DNA of 64,000 bases from Eledone cirrhosa. Taxonomy: Eukaryota. Positions 60,369 to 64,000 of the stretch are shown here, piece by piece. The translations under genes and the position numbers were made by a program. The notes below the pieces were generated by a model. That model worked only from the letters and a program-made list of their open reading frames with translations, did no database searches and was not told the origin of the DNA. The stretch lies in NCBI GenBank assembly GCA_964016885.1, contig OZ024742.1:344410001-344474000 (forward strand), in the 5' to 3' direction. The first letter of the stretch is position 1. Every line of letters starts with the position of its first letter.

Positions 60369-62200
60369 AAGGGTGACTCTTTATCACCGCTTTTATTCTG
60401 CATCGCACATATACCATTAAGTAAAATGCTCAATGAAACAAAACATGGATATAAAGTCTATGACAAAACCATTAATCACTTGTTCTACATGGATGTTCTG
60501 AAACTATTTGCAAAAAATGATGAACAATTGCAAGGGCTATTATCCACTGTGGAGCAGTTCAGTGATGACATTAAAATGGAGTTTGGACTAGATAAATGCG
60601 CCAAAGCAACGTTCACCAGAGGAAAGCTGCTGAAAAGTTCAGACATTAATCTTGATCGGGGGGAATATGATAAGAGAACTTGATCAAGAGGAAACTTACA
60701 AATATCTAGGTGTTTGTGAAGGAGACGGAATCAAGCACTCGACAATGAGGGAAAGGATAAGGAAGGAATGTTACCGCAGAGTAAGAGCAATCTTAAGAAC
60801 GGAATTGAATGCAAGGAATAAGATCGATGCCATAAACACGCTTGCCATACCAGTAGTAACCTACAGTTACAATGTCATCAACTGGTCAAGCACAGAGATC
60901 CGTAGGCTCGATACAAAAATTCGAAAATTCTTAACCATACACAGAATGCATCACCATAAGGCAGATACAGATAAAATATATCGCCCTAGGAAAGAAGGAT
61001 GACGTGGGTTAATCCAGTTAGATATTGCGTTGAAAACTGCAACAATTGGATTATCTACATATCTAAGGGAATCACATGATTGGATGATCAAACTCGTTTT
61101 GAAACACGAAAGCATCAAAAGATCATACTCCATTACAAAAGATGCACAAAGATACAGTAATGGACTACACATTTCAGAAGTCCCATTTACTGCTGAAATG
61201 GAAAACAGAAAAAGCAAAGCAGGTAAAAGTAACTGAAAAGAAAGAACTGTTACAGAAACTGGCTAAGAAATGGCAAGAAAAGCCTCTGTATGGCAAATAC
61301 CCAGAACGAGCTAACAATCCTGATGTTGACAAAACTTTAACCCATCAGTGGTTGGCATCCTCTGGACTGAAATCGGAGACTGAGGGACTGATTATATCAG
61401 CACAAGATCAGTGTCTGCCAACAAAAAATTACCAAGCCAACATAATAAAAAATGGATGCAGCCCATTATGCCGTGTATGTAAAAAACAACCAGAGACCAT
61501 TGATCATATAATTTCAATGTGCAGTCCTATAGCTCCAACCGAATACCTAAACAGGCATGACAGAGCTGCACAATACATACATTGGATAATGTGTAAGCAT
61601 TTTGACCTGCCCCATCAAAAAAATTGGTGGGAGCATCAACCACCTCCCATACTTGAAAAAGATCACATCTCAATCTTGTGGAACTTTAGCATCCAAACAG
61701 ACCGAAAAATAGATGCAAATAGACCTGATATAATACTGAAGGACTTTAAAAAGAGGGTATGCCTGCTAATTGATATGTCCGTTCCAATAGACAAGAATGT
61801 ATCTATAAAAACATTTGAGAAATTGAGCAAGTATAAGGACCTGGAGATAGAAATTGGAAAAATGTGGAAATTGAGAACTAAAACAATACCAGTGGTTGTA
61901 GGCGCTCTAGGAATGATACCTAAGGGATCTAATGATTACTTATCGCAAATCCCAGGAAACCCACATATAGGAGAAATACAAAAGATAGTACTAATGGGAA
62001 CTGCCCATATACTAAGGAAGATTCTGTCAATATAAGTACATCACAAGTCTAAACACCTAAAGATGCATGTGTGAGTATGTATGTTCTTTCTTGAACATGG
62101 CGGACCTTGTTGTCTCTTGAGGTCACTGGTTGTGACTTGGCGATAACTCGTATGAACATAAAGCAAGATAAATGCAGCTGTAATAATAATGATAATAATA
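60369..62200 (+). mobile_element. 5'-truncated R4/Dong-like non-LTR element in (TAA)n
   Basis: GDSLSPLLF, HLFYMD, YKYLG, CRVC..ETIDHIISMC, NRPDI..LIDMSVP..KLSKY; (TAA)n on both sides. Confidence 0.88.
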
Positions 62201-62330
62201 ATTTTTTCTACGTTAGGCACGAGGCCAGCAATTATCCAGTGTATTACTGGTATTTTATTTTATCGACCCTGTAAGGATGAAAGGCAAAGTTAATAATAAT
62301 AATAATTGTTTCTACTTTAGGCACAAGGCC

Positions 62331-64000
62331 AGCAATAATAATAATAATGATTTCATTTATTGGCCACAAGGGCCGACATATAGGGGACAATACAAAAGAC
62401 TGGGACAGTAGGGTTTTACAGAAAAATCGAGTAAACAATATGAATAACAATAACAAAGTAACAAGAAAATTACAACAAGAAAAAATTTCCCAATAGGGGG
62501 GATGACCACCCAGAGTTCGCTCAGGTACCCCGCCAATCCTGAACGACCCGACGCTTCGAGAGCACCCTGGAAGGGCACCCCTCTCCTCCTCAAATTTACC
62601 TACCTACAGCTGCATGACCAGAGTAGACCCACTCACACGGGCCATTCTCGCCACATTCACCCACCATTCAGCAAATGTACTGGGGGGCAGCACTACTCTC
62701 TCCACCCTCACCTTCCTTTCCAAGTGAAACTTGAAAAAGTTGATGAGGGATTGGCCGAAGAGAAAAGTGTCTTCAGTCCTTTCAACCTCGTCCACCATAC
62801 AACCTCTTTCGCTACTGCCATCAGACAGAGGAAAATTGTCTGCCCTTCCTGGCCAAAAGAAGGCGGCGGGTCGATCTTCAATATGGACTCGGCCGATAGC
62901 CGGATCCGTTCTACACGCGACAACAGCTGTTCAACATAACTCCACAAGTTAGTAATGCACGGACACTGGACGAGTGCGTGCAGAACGGTTTCGTCGCTCT
63001 GCGCGCATCTCGGGCAGGTCCGTCTGACAGCACTTCCTTGCCTGTAGAGTTTATCTCGAACCGGCAGTGCCCCCCGGTAGCACTGCCAAGCGAGGGATTT
63101 TTGGAAATTATCCATCGTCTCCGGCTCGAAAGTCCTCCGGTACAGACTGGTTAGTTCGACTTCGTTGACTCCCAGAGCCTCTGCTAGTGCGTCGTATCAC
63201 TTGCCCACCACTAATCCTCTATAGAACTCGAGAGTGGAAGTTCCACTGACCTCATTGCCCGCCTGGTAGAGGGCAGTGAGTCCCTGGCAACATTCCAGAT
63301 GCCAGTCACCCAGTCTCGGTCTCTTCTTGACCCAGGACTGCAGCTCAGTCAAAGAAACGAGCCGCGGAAAGGCCCGTCTGACAAATGGCGACCACACCGG
63401 TTCACCGTTTAGGCAGAATATCTGGAGATGCCGCAGCCTCAGCGCGTGCCTGTGCATCATTAGCCACGGCATGCCCAGCCCTCCACGTAGAGGGTGCTGG
63501 CAGCAGATGGACCACCTCACCAGAATTTGAAGAGGAGCCGCTCCAAGATGGCGAGGCGCGAACGGGGGCAAGGGACGACAGTCAGACGGTAGTAGATGAC
63601 GGACGCGATGTACGCGTTCGCCACCTCCGCCCGTCCTTTCAGTGATAGCTTCATCCCAGCCCATTTCTGGGTGAGACTGGCTACCCTGCCTGTCACCTCG
63701 TCCCAATTCTTATCCACCTGGAGGTCTGGCCCAAACCAAACTCCGAGCAACTTTACCGGTACGTCCGTCCAGCGCCTAACGACGCTGTTGGACAGCATGG
63801 ACTTGCCTCTCCAGGTGCCGAGTTGCAAGCCCACCGACTTTTTCCGGGTTAAGTTTTGCTCCCGTCAACCTTCCATATTCCTCCAATAAGTTACAGACCA
63901 CCTCGATTTCTGAGGTGTCCGACACCATCACGGTGATGTCGTCCGCATAAGCCGACACAAGCTTTCCGCGTCCCGGTTCGAGCGGGATGCCCTGCTTCCG
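62331..64000 (-). mobile_element. L1/Tx1-like LINE (RT to 3' end), degenerate, runs off the window
   Basis: SAYADD, KLLGVWF, GGLGMP, zf-RVT; AATAAA and (TTA)n tail. Confidence 0.85.

Overview
AT-rich eukaryotic repeat-dominated DNA. It is probably an octopus or other cephalopod genome, inferred from the cephalopod-type SINEs and the extreme (TA)n/(CA)n load. No host gene is recognisable, and most listed ORFs are microsatellite read-through. The window is a nest of retroelements: many Penelope-like elements (PLEs; RT plus C-terminal GIY-YIG) inserted in (TA)n with inverted or fold-back ends, plus Tx1/L1-like, RTE and R4/Dong-like LINE remnants, SINEs and Helitron-like pieces. Most PLE 3' ends that could be folded by hand carry a small type I hammerhead ribozyme (HHR), several with U3-A8 or other core variants. 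The most striking signal is a non-coding tandem element (1830-2419 and 33409-34766). Its conserved RNA has all hammerhead core strands in the non-circular order NUH - GAAA - CUGANGA, supported by covariation between two divergent families, with a predicted kink-turn in stem III and a second three-way junction. All RNA structures are hand-derived predictions and are untested.
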